Shown here piece after piece: positions 34,883-48,105 of a DNA stretch of 64,000 bases. Under the pieces are notes generated by a model. The model had not been told where the DNA came from, ran no database searches, and worked only from the letters and a program-made list of their open reading frames with translations. Both the position numbers and the translations under genes were made by a program. The stretch comes from Setoptus koraiensis (taxonomy: Eukaryota; Animalia; Arthropoda): contig CM106585.1 in assembly GCA_048013815.1 (NCBI GenBank), forward strand, positions 2,480,001-2,544,000. The letters are read 5' to 3'. Each line of letters starts with the position of its first letter. The stretch's first letter is position 1.

Positions 34883-36155
34883 TGGCAGTGTGCTTGTTGG
34901 TCACAAGTTGAAACAAGCAAGCAGTCCTGCTATTCTGTTTAGCCGGTGCCCTTCCCCCAGGGGGAAAGAAGGTCCGTTTGTCGTGCGTCAATTAAATTAA
35001 TTTATTTATTTGTTATGTAACTTCACCGAAAGCAAAGTTTAATACATGTATGGCATCTGACGACAATGAGCCAGATGCGCAACGCGACATATGGCGCCAA
35101 CAATAAGACTGCCTTTGCAAGGCGTGCAGCTAACTCAGGCTGGTTGCACGTGCAGTCAGCCGACATTGTTGGCGAGCGATAACAGCACGTCCTTGTTGTA
35201 GTTGCTGTTGTTTTAGTTGATAGTTATCGCTGTCGTTGCTGTCGGTGTCGGTGTTGCCTTAGCACTATTTGTTGTTGTTGTTGTCAATGAACACATTAGT
35301 TTCAATTATTTCTTTGCAAAGTCAAGTGGCAAAAGTAGCAAGATAGTGACGGGCATGAGTTACAACGCACATGGAACAGGTAGTTCTAAAATAGCAACAC
35401 AGTCGTCACTTATATAACTATTGGTCACGTAACACTCGTTTGTTTGGCACTGGCAACGAATGTGCCACTGAATGCTGGTTGTTGTGGTATTAATGATCTT
35501 GAGAAGAGGCATTCAGGGAGCAATTGAATTATTCCTGATTTCTTAATGATTAGCAAAAATAACAGCAGCCACAACAACAACAACAACAACAACAACTAGT
35601 TTTTCTCGGCTTGGCAACAACTGGTATGTGTGTAGGCACAATCACGCGCGTCAATAATGTTGTACAGTGTCATACTGTATCAATATGCGTTATATGGATG
35701 GATCGAGACAGGTGCACAACTACTGCTGCTACTACCAACTACTACAGCGATATATTCTAGTTTATACGCAGGGCATGCGTCTCATATACAGATTATAGTT
35801 ATACATCTGGTATGGAGAAATGGATATTCAAAGAGTGGGAGACAAGTGCAGAAAGAGAAGGAATTTTAATTTTAATCTGTCTATTTATCTATTGCCTTGA
35901 GTGGTAAGGACGACAAACGCTTACGTGTGCTTGTAGAGACGTAAGTGCAAGAACAAGTGCAAGTAGTAGAAAAAGTGCAAAGAGATCTAAATGCTGAAAT
36001 AGTTTAACCCCTGATTCACGATCCGGCTTGTCAGTGTGTGTAGGATAGCAAACAACAACAAGTCAACAGCGCCAATTTAGATAGATGAACAGTGTCTATT
36101 ATCTCTAGGTCGCTGCTTGTTTCTTTGTTATCCAACTAATACAACAACTACAACT

Positions 36156-36186
<31 letters not shown>

Positions 36187-37032
36187 CTACTGCTACTACT
36201 ACCACTACTATATAACCGCCACAATATAGCTAATAATATCAATGATTCAATGATGATAATTTGCGTGTACGTGATGCAATAATAAAGTTAAACTGGCAAT
36301 TAGTAGTCACGTATACGCCAAGATCGATCAATACACACAGTTGACTATTGTGTTAGTATTGATGCTGTTGATCTTTGCAACAGAACACATTATGAGTATG
36401 CACTATGCCCACAATGTTTGCTTGTATCTTGATCAATAGATCACGTATACTACTATTCATAGACAACTCTGCAGTATGTGACCAGCGTGTCGGCCATTCG
36501 TCATATCTCACCGTGGCATCTCACGCAAACCGCAGTCTAGACTCACAACTTGTCATCCGACTGGCACCGTGAGTAAACAAGAACACATAGGTCGACTTGG
36601 GCCAGGCTCAACAACCTTACATTGTAAGGCTTACAACAACTGTCCAGTGGCCATTAGTGCAGTGATGGCAGAAGCAATCTCATCAGTTACTTTTAATAAT
36701 AGTTTGTTAATAACATAGGACATTAGCACAAGGACGACGCTTTTGAACCGTTTATGTCACAGCAAAGGTAGTTGTGTGACATTCGACGGCTAGCCCGGTC
36801 TTGAGCAGTGGAGGCAACAGCAACAGCAGTGGCAATAACAGTGTCTAGCCAAGGCTAGTTGCCGTTTCCGATTGAACCAGGATGAAGCGTCTAGAATAAG
36901 AATCGCAACTGAGATTAGTTAGAGAATGACGCACGCTTGTTACTATGCGAAACAGGCAATGACGTTAATTGAAGCCACGCTAATTGGCGTTGAACGAACC
37001 TAACGAGCCCGCCAATGAACGCTCGACGCCAT

Positions 37033-37140
37033 GAGCGAGCGAGCGAACGAATGGACGAACCAACGAACCAACGAACCAACGAATGAACGAACCAACGAAC
37101 AAACGAACGAATGAACGAATGAACTAATGAACGAATGAAA
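37033..37140. repeat. Compound tetranucleotide repeat (GAGC/GAAC/CAAC/GAAT)n
   Basis: Direct reading of the sequence. Confidence 0.85.
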
Positions 37141-37499
37141 CAACAACAACAAACGAAATCATTATCGACGAGCATCATAAATTGTCTAGCCAATGTCATT
37201 ACTGCATACATATAATTGTTGTTGCTGCTGCTGATTATGCCAGATTAGTGTGATTCCGTAGAAACAGTCCATGGTGTACAGTCTGTTGTCTGGCTAGCTA
37301 ACTATATTATTAGGTAGAGAGTGAGAATTCAACAATCTGCGCGCAGTGGATGCTGGCGTCACACGCTGTCCATGACGACCAACAGTCGATTGGCATTACG
37401 CAACCACCGGCACTGACACTCTTCTCTCAACTGTCTGCTTTTGTCATTATTATATACTCAAATGTTGTATGCCACTGATAAATGTTCTGATATGTCCAC

Positions 37500-37545
<46 letters not shown>

Positions 37546-37566
37546 CGTTGTCGTTGTCGTTGTTGT
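37500..37566. repeat. (GTT)n microsatellite ending in GTC variants
   Basis: Direct reading of the sequence. Confidence 0.9.
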
Positions 37567-39329
37567 CCAATAACTGCTATCACCAAATATATCAAGATGC
37601 AGATGCACACATGATTAGACCAGATCCCTTAATAGATCCAGCCAGTCTATCTACGTGACATAGATGGCTATCGTCTGATCGGCGCCATTAATCATATCCA
37701 GACACTATAGTGGTCGGTATGACATTAGCAAAAGCACCAACAACACCAACACGAATACAGTCGAGCATCGTTCGAACAATCATTGATTGCTACAACACTT
37801 GGGATACCCTGGTGTGTCCATGATTCACTCTCTACCTGCCGGTCACTCGTGACACTCAAATCTGAATGGAGCGTCTTGCAGTCTGAAGTTCACTAGGCAC
37901 CAATCACCGTCACCATTACGTAATAATTCTCTCTACCTATTTTATTTATTCCGACAAGACTCTTGTTTACGCACAGTGCTGTCATATCCTGTCTTTTGAC
38001 AAACGGCCACGCATAATCGTCTACACTGTATCAACACTGTATCTAGGTTGTTGTTGTTGACTATCACTACTAGCTCACTATCTTGCTCACTACTTTTGGT
38101 ATTTGTGTGAGTTTTTTTTTATAAATAACAAGTCTCGTCAGTCGCAAATGTGAACATCACAACATATTCAAGCTAATTTAGATGATTCCATATAAGTGAG
38201 CAATATCCGGCAAGATGCAACAACAAAACAACATTAAATAATGACCACACATTGATAAAGCTGCTCATTGGTACAACTTTGTTAGCTCGCCACAAGAGTT
38301 GTTTGTTCGTTCAAAATTCCATTTTTGAGGTCGATTCAATCTACTTTTAATTTAATTTAACTATAACAAGCTTGCTTGCAAGTTTTATACAGACCGGAAG
38401 TTGCTGCAGTTAATGGCATTTGTAGTTACGAGTAGATAGTTAGTTTAAACTAGTTAATTAATTGATTTAGTATTCATACACTCTCACATGACAATCCTTC
38501 GAGTCTTCTTTGTCCTGTTGAAGCGGCGGTGATTATTAAGCTGAGCGAAGAGTGTGTTTTTAGTGTTGCCAAGGTATAAAAACTTAACCGAGGCATAATA
38601 ATCTTTCTTTTAATCATGACAATATCTTCGAGAAACTTTTAGTTGTAACTCCAACTAGAGAGTAGTTTGTTTGTTGACTCAAAGAATTATAACCATCTTA
38701 AATAAAAACAATGACAAGATTAAATGTATTGTCAATCACTAAAAGCACTTTTTTCTCCTAATTTCTTCTCTCATACTATGCTATGCTGATAACATCGCGT
38801 CACCATCATTCTGTCAGATAAATTAAATCCTGCAATTGCCATCGCACGATCTGTCAATCTCACGGGCTAATTAGAAATTTAATCCTTAATTTGATGTTGT
38901 TCAACAGAGTCCTCTGGTGCTAAACTTGACAAACCAAGATTCTAGACATCAATATAAACTGTCGATATGAACAGTCAACTAAGTTTTCGATGTTCATTAG
39001 AAAGCGTAATTGTAAGTTGGATTTGTTTTTGCGTGGCCAAGTCATACAGCCGGCAAAATATATCGCATGCGCCACTTACAACAAATATTACGTTGATTTA
39101 ACCCGGTCTCGGGGCTGAGACTTGACTAACTAATCTTTGGAAATGTTCGTGACTGATGTAAGCCAGGAATTCTTGCATGATTATGACAGACCGTCGAGTG
39201 GGATTGATTTTTGGCGTAAGCTGGCTGAACTTCAGCACAAGATAAAAACGGCGAACAACTTTAATTTAGATCAATCAAAATTGTTCACGCTACGAATTTC
39301 AGCCTCATGGTAGGACGTTATTATGTAAT

Positions 39330-39378
39330 CATAGTTATGTAAAATCAGGTCATTTTTTATTTTTCAAAACTTGCGCCT
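39330..39378 (+). repeat. Direct repeat A, copy 1 (partner at 42951-43000)
   Basis: CATAGTTATGTAAAATCAGGTCATTTTTTATTTTTCAAAACTTGCGCCT; differs from copy 2 by one substitution and a 1-nt indel. Confidence 0.92.
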
Positions 39379-40095
39379 AGATTTCGCACGCCCATAACAT
39401 CACTGATCAGAAGCGGAATGCCCAATTGCGTGTGTGGAATCCAATGCAAATCAAATTCCATCGCATCCGCGTGGGTATATTTTCGTTGCAATCGTGTGCA
39501 CCCCGCTGGGTATAAGCAGCTTCGTTAGACCATCAATGAATCAGGACACATGGACGAAAAGCACAAACGCAATCGTTCGTTTTTGTTGTTGTTGTTGTCG
39601 TCTACTGATTATATTTTATTACAGGATATGTACAGCTTTGTATGTGATTTATAAAAATTTATCCATAAACCAATTGAGATTATATCATATTATTATATTA
39701 CATTATATGTTACATTGATTTACTATCATCATGTCTACATGATGACCGAGGCAGCAAGAAACGGAGCCGCTAATGTTTGATTTAATAGACGATTATAGCA
39801 TGTCTTTGTCTCATAGGTCAATGAGCATTCGGAAACGAATATCATAATTATTGTTATTATCACCTTTGTACAACCATTCCAATGAACTATTCTGTATCAA
39901 CGACAACCACTGTTTGTTATTTCATTATCAATACTATTTTCACTTGTATTGCGCACGATTGAATAGAGCGTATGAAGGATAAATACACACATAGAGAGTT
40001 AAACCGTCCAAACGTCTGTCATATTGTATTGGATTTATTTGTATATATCCATTCGTCGATAATATAGCACTGGAAACAACCGATAGTCCATAGTT

Positions 40096-42278
<2,183 letters not shown>

Positions 42279-42477
42279 GTTCGGAGATTCCATACTCAGT
42301 ATGTCAATATAAATATAGTCTGGCCCGGATAAAATAAATAAATAGTAACTGGCGATTAGTAAAATGAATTTCTGTTGAAAAACAACTGCCTGTTGCTCAT
42401 GATAAGTGCGTTGCGTCGTGTCCGTCTAGGACATAATTCTTTCACACTGTTTTTCAGCCTTATTGTTCGACACCTAC

Positions 42478-42951
42478 AGAGTCACGGAGAAACAGTAGCG
42501 AAACACGAGAAATCACTGGCCATTGAAAGCGATAAATTAAATAGTGCAGTAGAACTTATTTGAAATAAACTTAGGACTAGCGAATTGTTTATCTGACTGA
42601 TATCTTACTACTGTTGTTTCATGTATAAATATGTCACAGTCTAGACAAAACACGCCTTGACAGATTGTGCATTTGGCGGCATCGTTTTGCTGAGGAAGCA
42701 ATGGGTTATTACAAGAATAGCATAAGCCTGGCTTGTCCAGTCTAATCTCTGAGAAAAGTTCCACTGGAAATAGATGATGAAAAGATCTGGCTAAGTGGGC
42801 TGCAGAGACTAATGTCAGTCCGCACACACTACATTCCATAGGTGGATCACAATATTTGGCATGACACTGAGGACAGTGGTAATCATGAGAGCTGAAATTA
42901 GTTTTCACCTGTTAAATGACTAGAACGAATTGAGGACTTTCCCTCGTTATC
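42478..42951 (-). pseudogene. Partial duplicate of 44599-45090: last ~27 SLC10 codons (+ strand) plus the GTF2H2 3' third (- strand), with a 25-bp frameshifting deletion
   Basis: 42616-42836 is identical to 44756-44976 and the flanks are diverged. There is no 5' part of the gene, and the LHFCPCCC end is lost. Confidence 0.92.
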
Positions 42952-43000
42952 ATAGTTATATAAAATCAGGTCAATTTTTTATTTTTCAAAACTTGCGCCT
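42951..43000 (+). repeat. Direct repeat A, copy 2, fused to the end of the GTF2H2 duplicate
   Basis: Matches 39330-39378. Confidence 0.92.
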
Positions 43001-43079
43001 GGAATTTATTCTCTACCCGGCTCATACATTGTTTGATCGATATAGCAAATACATCTAGCTTGAGGGGCTGACCTGAAAA

Positions 43080-44684
43080 ATGGCAAAATCTATTGGTGGG
43101 ATCAAGTCTGTTGTTTTCTATTCGGGCGTCGTCTCTTTGGTGATATTACCTTTGTTAGCTCAGAATTTAACAAAAGTGGAAAACAGCACAGCAAGAGAAA
43201 ACAAACAACAGTCGACATTATATAACTTAAATAATGGCAGCGATAATAGCAACTCCAGCAACAGTAAAGCGCAATCCGTAAGCGCAATGGCAAATATCAA
43301 CTTTACACCAAAATCAAGAATAGTTGAGATGTACAATTCGACCTCTTTGTCATACAACATTGTATTTTACAACGCCAACTTGAAATCGTTGGAGGAAAAG
43401 CCTGAATCTTTTGTACTTATCCAATTGAAGACAATCACCAAATCTCCACAATTCGACATCATCAGCATTGAAGATGGACAAATATCAAACGTTCGACTGA
43501 GTTTGGATCAAATCAGGAAGAACAATTATAACTATAATGGCTCCCTAGTTGTGAGGTCAAGCTATATTGGTCATGCGGTAGTCAAAGCCTTTATAAGTGT
43601 CCATGATGGTGACAACAAGCAAATCATGGGTCCAGAAGAAATGTCTGGTGCGTCAGACATCACTGTGATACGAGCCGATGGAAGATTAGAACTCATATTC
43701 AAAGTGTCTGTGATATCGTTGGTAATGATTACTTACATTGGTCTGGGTAGTCAAATTGAACGAGATCGCATCAGGAAATTAATGAGCTCACCGATGGTTC
43801 CATTGGTCGCATATCTACTTATAGTCATGATTATGCCAGTAATCTCATGGATATTAGCCTACTTAATTGTGGGTGATCAATTGTATTATAGATTTGGAGC
43901 GTTTGTTTTGAGTTGTTGTCCAATGGCATCGGTCGCCACTATGTGGGCTACAATGTTTAAAGTGGACAAAGAGCTCTCTATAACCGTACAGTTGTTATCC
44001 ACAGTGTCCGCCTTATTTACCATGCCTGTTTGGATATTTACTTTGGGTGTTTCACTAACTCAAGGACATTTACATATCAAAGTGCCATATTTGAGCTTGG
44101 TACAGACTCTAATATCTCTACTACTAGCATTGATTATTGGTTACGTCATGGGTAACTATCACGCTAATTTTGCAAATTGCGTCAGAAAAATCATAAGACC
44201 AGTTACTTTCATTGTCCTGATATTCATCATTGTATTTAGTAGTTATGTGTACTGGTTCATATACATGATGTTTGATTTGCGAGTTATCTTTTTAGGTTTC
44301 TCCATCGCCTCCTGCACTTTCTTAGTGTGTGGACTTTTGGGATACCTATGCAGACGTGATATTGACTATGCCGTGACAATAGCAATCTGTAGTACCAATA
44401 AGAATTCAGGAGTTGCCTTTTCAGTTCTTTTGGTTGCTCTGCCCAGCCCTGATACTTATATCGCTTTTGTGCCTTGTCTAGCTCAAGTTCTCGCAATCAG
44501 TTGTTTATTGTATTTGATATTAACGATGAAACAATGTGTCGCATACATTTCACGAGTCAGGGAGGGCTACAATCAAGGCAAATCGGCCCAGGCTGAAAAG
44601 AGTTACGGGGAAACAATAGAGAAGCAGGAAAAATCACTGGCCATTAAAAGCGATAAATTAAATAGTGCAGTAGAACTTATTTGA
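43080..44684 (+). CDS. SLC10 sodium/bile-acid symporter family protein (P3/ASBT-like); intronless
   Basis: Signal peptide, long extracellular N-terminus, multiple TM helices, GAFVLSCCPMASVATMW, ELSITVQLLSTVSALFTMP and TIAICSTNKNSGVA. Confidence 0.88.
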   Translation: MAKSIGGIKSVVFYSGVVSLVILPLLAQNLTKVENSTARENKQQSTLYNLNNGSDNSNSSNSKAQSVSAMANINFTPKSRIVEMYNSTSLSYNIVFYNANLKSLEEKPESFVLIQLKTITKSPQFDIISIEDGQISNVRLSLDQIRKNNYNYNGSLVVRSSYIGHAVVKAFISVHDGDNKQIMGPEEMSGASDITVIRADGRLELIFKVSVISLVMITYIGLGSQIERDRIRKLMSSPMVPLVAYLLIVMIMPVISWILAYLIVGDQLYYRFGAFVLSCCPMASVATMWATMFKVDKELSITVQLLSTVSALFTMPVWIFTLGVSLTQGHLHIKVPYLSLVQTLISLLLALIIGYVMGNYHANFANCVRKIIRPVTFIVLIFIIVFSSYVYWFIYMMFDLRVIFLGFSIASCTFLVCGLLGYLCRRDIDYAVTIAICSTNKNSGVAFSVLLVALPSPDTYIAFVPCLAQVLAISCLLYLILTMKQCVAYISRVREGYNQGKSAQAEKSYGETIEKQEKSLAIKSDKLNSAVELI

Positions 44685-44708
44685 AATAAACTTTGGACTT
44701 TGTTTATT
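44685..44708. terminator. Back-to-back polyadenylation signals: AATAAA at 44685-44690 (+, SLC10) and 44708-44703 (-, overlapping the GTF2H2 stop)
   Basis: Motifs read directly; their use is inferred. Confidence 0.55.
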
Positions 44709-45894
44709 TGACTGATATCTTACTACTGTTGCAGCAGCACGGACAAAAATGCAATGTTTCATGTATAAATATGTCACAGTCTAGACAAAACACGCCTTGA
44801 CAGATTGTGCATTTGGCGGCATCGTTTTGCTGAGGAAGCAATGGGTTATTACAAGAATAGCATAAGCCTGGCTTGTCCAGTCTAATCTCTGAGAAAAGTT
44901 CCACTGGAAATAGATGATGAAAAGATCTGGCTAAGTGGGCTGCAGAGACTAATGTCAGTCCGCACACACTACATTCAATAGGTAGATCACAATATTTGGC
45001 ATGACACTGAGGACAGTAGTAACCATGAGAGCTGAAATTAGTTTGTCCTGACAAATGACAAGAACACATCGAGGGCTCTCCTTCGTTATCGTTAGCATAC
45101 TGAGAAAAGCCCATTTTAATCAAGGAAGACTGAGTTTCTCTAGTCGCTGCAGGTGGGCTCAAGTGCTCAAAGATTACGTCCTTGAAATGTCCATCATCAA
45201 TAATAACATCGTAAGATCCTTTGGTGGCAACGGTCAACGTCTTTAGAACTTTGACTTCTGCGGATAGTCCAACAACAGAACATCTAATGTTGAATGAAGA
45301 TAAAGATTGTATTGTGGCGTGAATATCTCCAGGGTCGCATGTCGTTAAGCTTCCGGCTAAAAATAAAATCTCTTTACTCGTGTGATTGGGCATATGTCTC
45401 AAGGTACAACAAGCCAGTTCCAGAGAATTTTGTAAAGATGGTTCGCCAGCGCATAGGACATGTCGGAGTTGTTCTATACATGCTAAATGAGATTTCATGT
45501 CACTGCTTAAGGGTGACAACAACTCTGCTCTTTTGTTTTTAGTTACAATAAGCCCTATACGACTTATAGGGTTTAGATCAGAGAACTCGTTCAAGAACAT
45601 TTCCACCAATTTCAGAGTACATGTATAACGAGTTGGTTTTACATCATTCTTCAGCATAGCCTCGCTGCAATCTATGATGATATAAACGTGCCTCATGATG
45701 CCGAGTCGCAGATTTTTTCTTTGAAGAGCCCTCTTTCTTTTATTCCTTTGTATCATCTCCTCTACAGTTGGTTGGAGAAGACCATCCTCGTTTTCTTTTA
45801 TAGCCTCCCATGTTTTCTCATATTCTGTTTCCCATCTGTAACCACTGACAGGTTCCTCGCCCTCAGGGGCATGTTCGCGGTCTATTTGTGACAT
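44704..45894 (-). CDS. GTF2H2: TFIIH subunit p44/Ssl1; intronless
   Basis: GYRWETEYEKTWE, RLGIMRHVYIIIDCSEAM, NPISRIG, GEPSLQNSL, GYYCPQCHAKYCDLPIEC...LARSFHHLFP and FCLDCDIFIHETLHFCPCC. Confidence 0.96.
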   Translation of the reverse strand: MSQIDREHAPEGEEPVSGYRWETEYEKTWEAIKENEDGLLQPTVEEMIQRNKRKRALQRKNLRLGIMRHVYIIIDCSEAMLKNDVKPTRYTCTLKLVEMFLNEFSDLNPISRIGLIVTKNKRAELLSPLSSDMKSHLACIEQLRHVLCAGEPSLQNSLELACCTLRHMPNHTSKEILFLAGSLTTCDPGDIHATIQSLSSFNIRCSVVGLSAEVKVLKTLTVATKGSYDVIIDDGHFKDVIFEHLSPPAATRETQSSLIKMGFSQYANDNEGEPSMCSCHLSGQTNFSSHGYYCPQCHAKYCDLPIECSVCGLTLVSAAHLARSFHHLFPVELFSEIRLDKPGLCYSCNNPLLPQQNDAAKCTICQGVFCLDCDIFIHETLHFCPCCCNSSKISVK

Positions 45895-46522
45895 ATTTGA
45901 TGCTATAACAATGAAGTAGACGAATTATGGTTTATGAACAATCTCCTCCGTCACCACAATACTAAATATGAATCCGGAAAAAAGTATCCGACTGAAGAGG
46001 TTCCTAATATTTTGTCCTGACTCACATTGAGGCACTCAATTGTGAATTTTGTATAGCACTTTTTGTCAGAGATAAACAAAAATTCTGATGAAAATTATAA
46101 TGATAATAATATCCCTCCACTTAAAGAGATGCACACAATTCACCGCCGATAATCTCAACGAGTCGATGCTGAGCGTGTGTTTCGTCAGTGTTGCTCAAGG
46201 GAAATACCTCAAAAATACCCCGCTTGTGGAACTTGATACTATCGCAAGCAGTGCAAGTAGCCATACCGATATATTGTAAATACCTACTGCTTATTCTACT
46301 ATTATTTGATGTTTATCTTTTTCTACTATATATCCTTATTAACATTTTAATTATATCATCAACGGATATATTGAGACATTTGCTTCTACATCTATATATT
46401 CATGTTAAAAATATTTATGTAATCTTACAACAACTACCACTGTTACTCTGTGTATATGGTTCCTCGTCAAACAGAGATAAAAATTTTTATCCAAGCCTTA
46501 TTCGACAACAAAAGAAATCGTT

Positions 46523-47998
46523 ATGGACAATGTTCCAGAAGAATTAGATGGATACCTAGAGGCGAGTCATCTATCAGTCTGCTGCTCTTTTAATCGATAT
46601 GGATCTCTACTTGCAGTCGGTTACAACGATGGCAGAATCATTATTTGGGACTTCCTAACTAGGCTACAGGCTAGAAGCATACAAGGCCACCTGCATCCTG
46701 TCTGCTCTGTGAGGTAAATTAGAAGTAATGCCATTGGCTGGAAAAGAATCTCTTACAAAGGAAATACTAACTACATAATCTTCCCCCAATCTCTTTAGCT
46801 GGTCTCGGAATGGACATAGATTGGTATCAGCATCAACGGACAATACCTTGGCCGTGTGGGATGTCATGACTAGTGGGTGCATTTTACGATGGAGATTTCC
46901 GTCACCAATACTTAAAGTACAATTCAATCCAAGGAATAGCAATCTTGTTCTTGTTTGTCCTCTAAAACATCCAGCCTTACTAATTCAATTGTGCGAAACC
47001 AGTATTTACGAAAACAGTAAGTATTACATCATCTGGTTTGATATGACTTTTATCGATTTAAGGGTACATCTTTTAACAGGTTCACTTATTACCCAATACA
47101 CGCTTATGATCGAACAGGCGAATGTCAACACTTTATCATACCCACTGATCCTGATGACAATGACCCGAACATCGTTGCTTCATTTGACAGACGCGGTCAG
47201 CACATATACACTGGTAACGCAAGAGGCCGGTTGGTGATCTTTAAATGTCCTCTAAATGTTACTGAGTTTAAAGAGGAACCCGTGGCTTCCGTGCGAATAC
47301 AAGCTGGCTCCACTCCAGCTGCCATCAGAGAAATAGAGTTTGCACCAAGGAATAAAACTTATTTTCTCATAAATTCCTCTGACCGCATTATTCGCCTGTA
47401 CAGATGCGAGGATGCTATTCGAGCTAAGAATGGACCTCTTGAAGAGGTTAACCGTTTCCAGGATCTTGTCAACAAGACCATGTGGAAGAGATGCTGTTTT
47501 TCAGGTGATCCCGATGCGTCACATATATGTGGAGGTTCATCCAAGACACATTCACTCTACATCTGGGAGACTAATGAAGGGACCATCAAAAAAATGTTAC
47601 ATGGTAAAAAAGGTGAGACTTTAAACGACGTTCAGTGGCACCCTTTGAGGCCGACATTAGCCAGCATTTCAAATGGAGTGGTTTCAATATGGACTAAAGT
47701 GCAGAGTGAGAATTGGTCCGCCTTCGCACCCTACTTTAAGGAGTTAGAAGAAAATCTTGAATACGATGAACGGGAATCCGAATTCGATCTCGAAGATGAG
47801 GACAAACCGGCTCCTCAGAAAGAATCCGAAGATGAAGATGACACGTTGGAGATTGATGTTGTCGGTCTAAAATCTGAAGGTGATTTCATCAGTAGTGATG
47901 AAGAAGGTGAAGATCCTAATGCTCTAGTATATCTGCCAGTCGTTACTGAAGAGCAAGAACCTGATCAGATGGAGATTCAAACTAAAGATTCAAAGTGA
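46523..47998 (+). CDS. RBBP5: RBBP5 (COMPASS WD40 subunit); exons 46523-46713, 46799-47016, 47080-47998; a short upstream exon may be missing
   Basis: VPEELDGYL, FNRYGSLLAVGYNDGRIIIWDFLT, FQDLVNKTMWKRCCFSGD, ENWSAFAPYFKELEENLEYDERESEFD and SSDEE...ALVYLP. Confidence 0.93.
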
Positions 47999-48105
47999 AT
48001 AACATATCTCTGGATATATGACTTGAAAACTAATTTTGTTGAAACTAAATATAGACTATGTGTCCTTAGAATATTTATATAAAAATATAAGAATAAAAAA
48101 CAACA

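Noticed and set aside
34627-34991. Poly-L, poly-C and (SNN)n ORFs
   Set aside because: They are by-products of the 9-bp repeat and none is supportable as a gene.
35441-35466. TTTGGCACTGG with a miR-96/263-like seed
   Set aside because: Only a 6-bp stem forms; there is no precursor hairpin.
42375-42563. 62-aa + strand ORF ending like SLC10
   Set aside because: Only the tail is duplicated sequence and the front is unrelated spacer, so it is treated as part of the pseudogene copy.
46088-46547. ORFs between GTF2H2 and RBBP5 as an RBBP5 first exon
   Set aside because: No convincing MNLELL-type exon with a matching donor was found.
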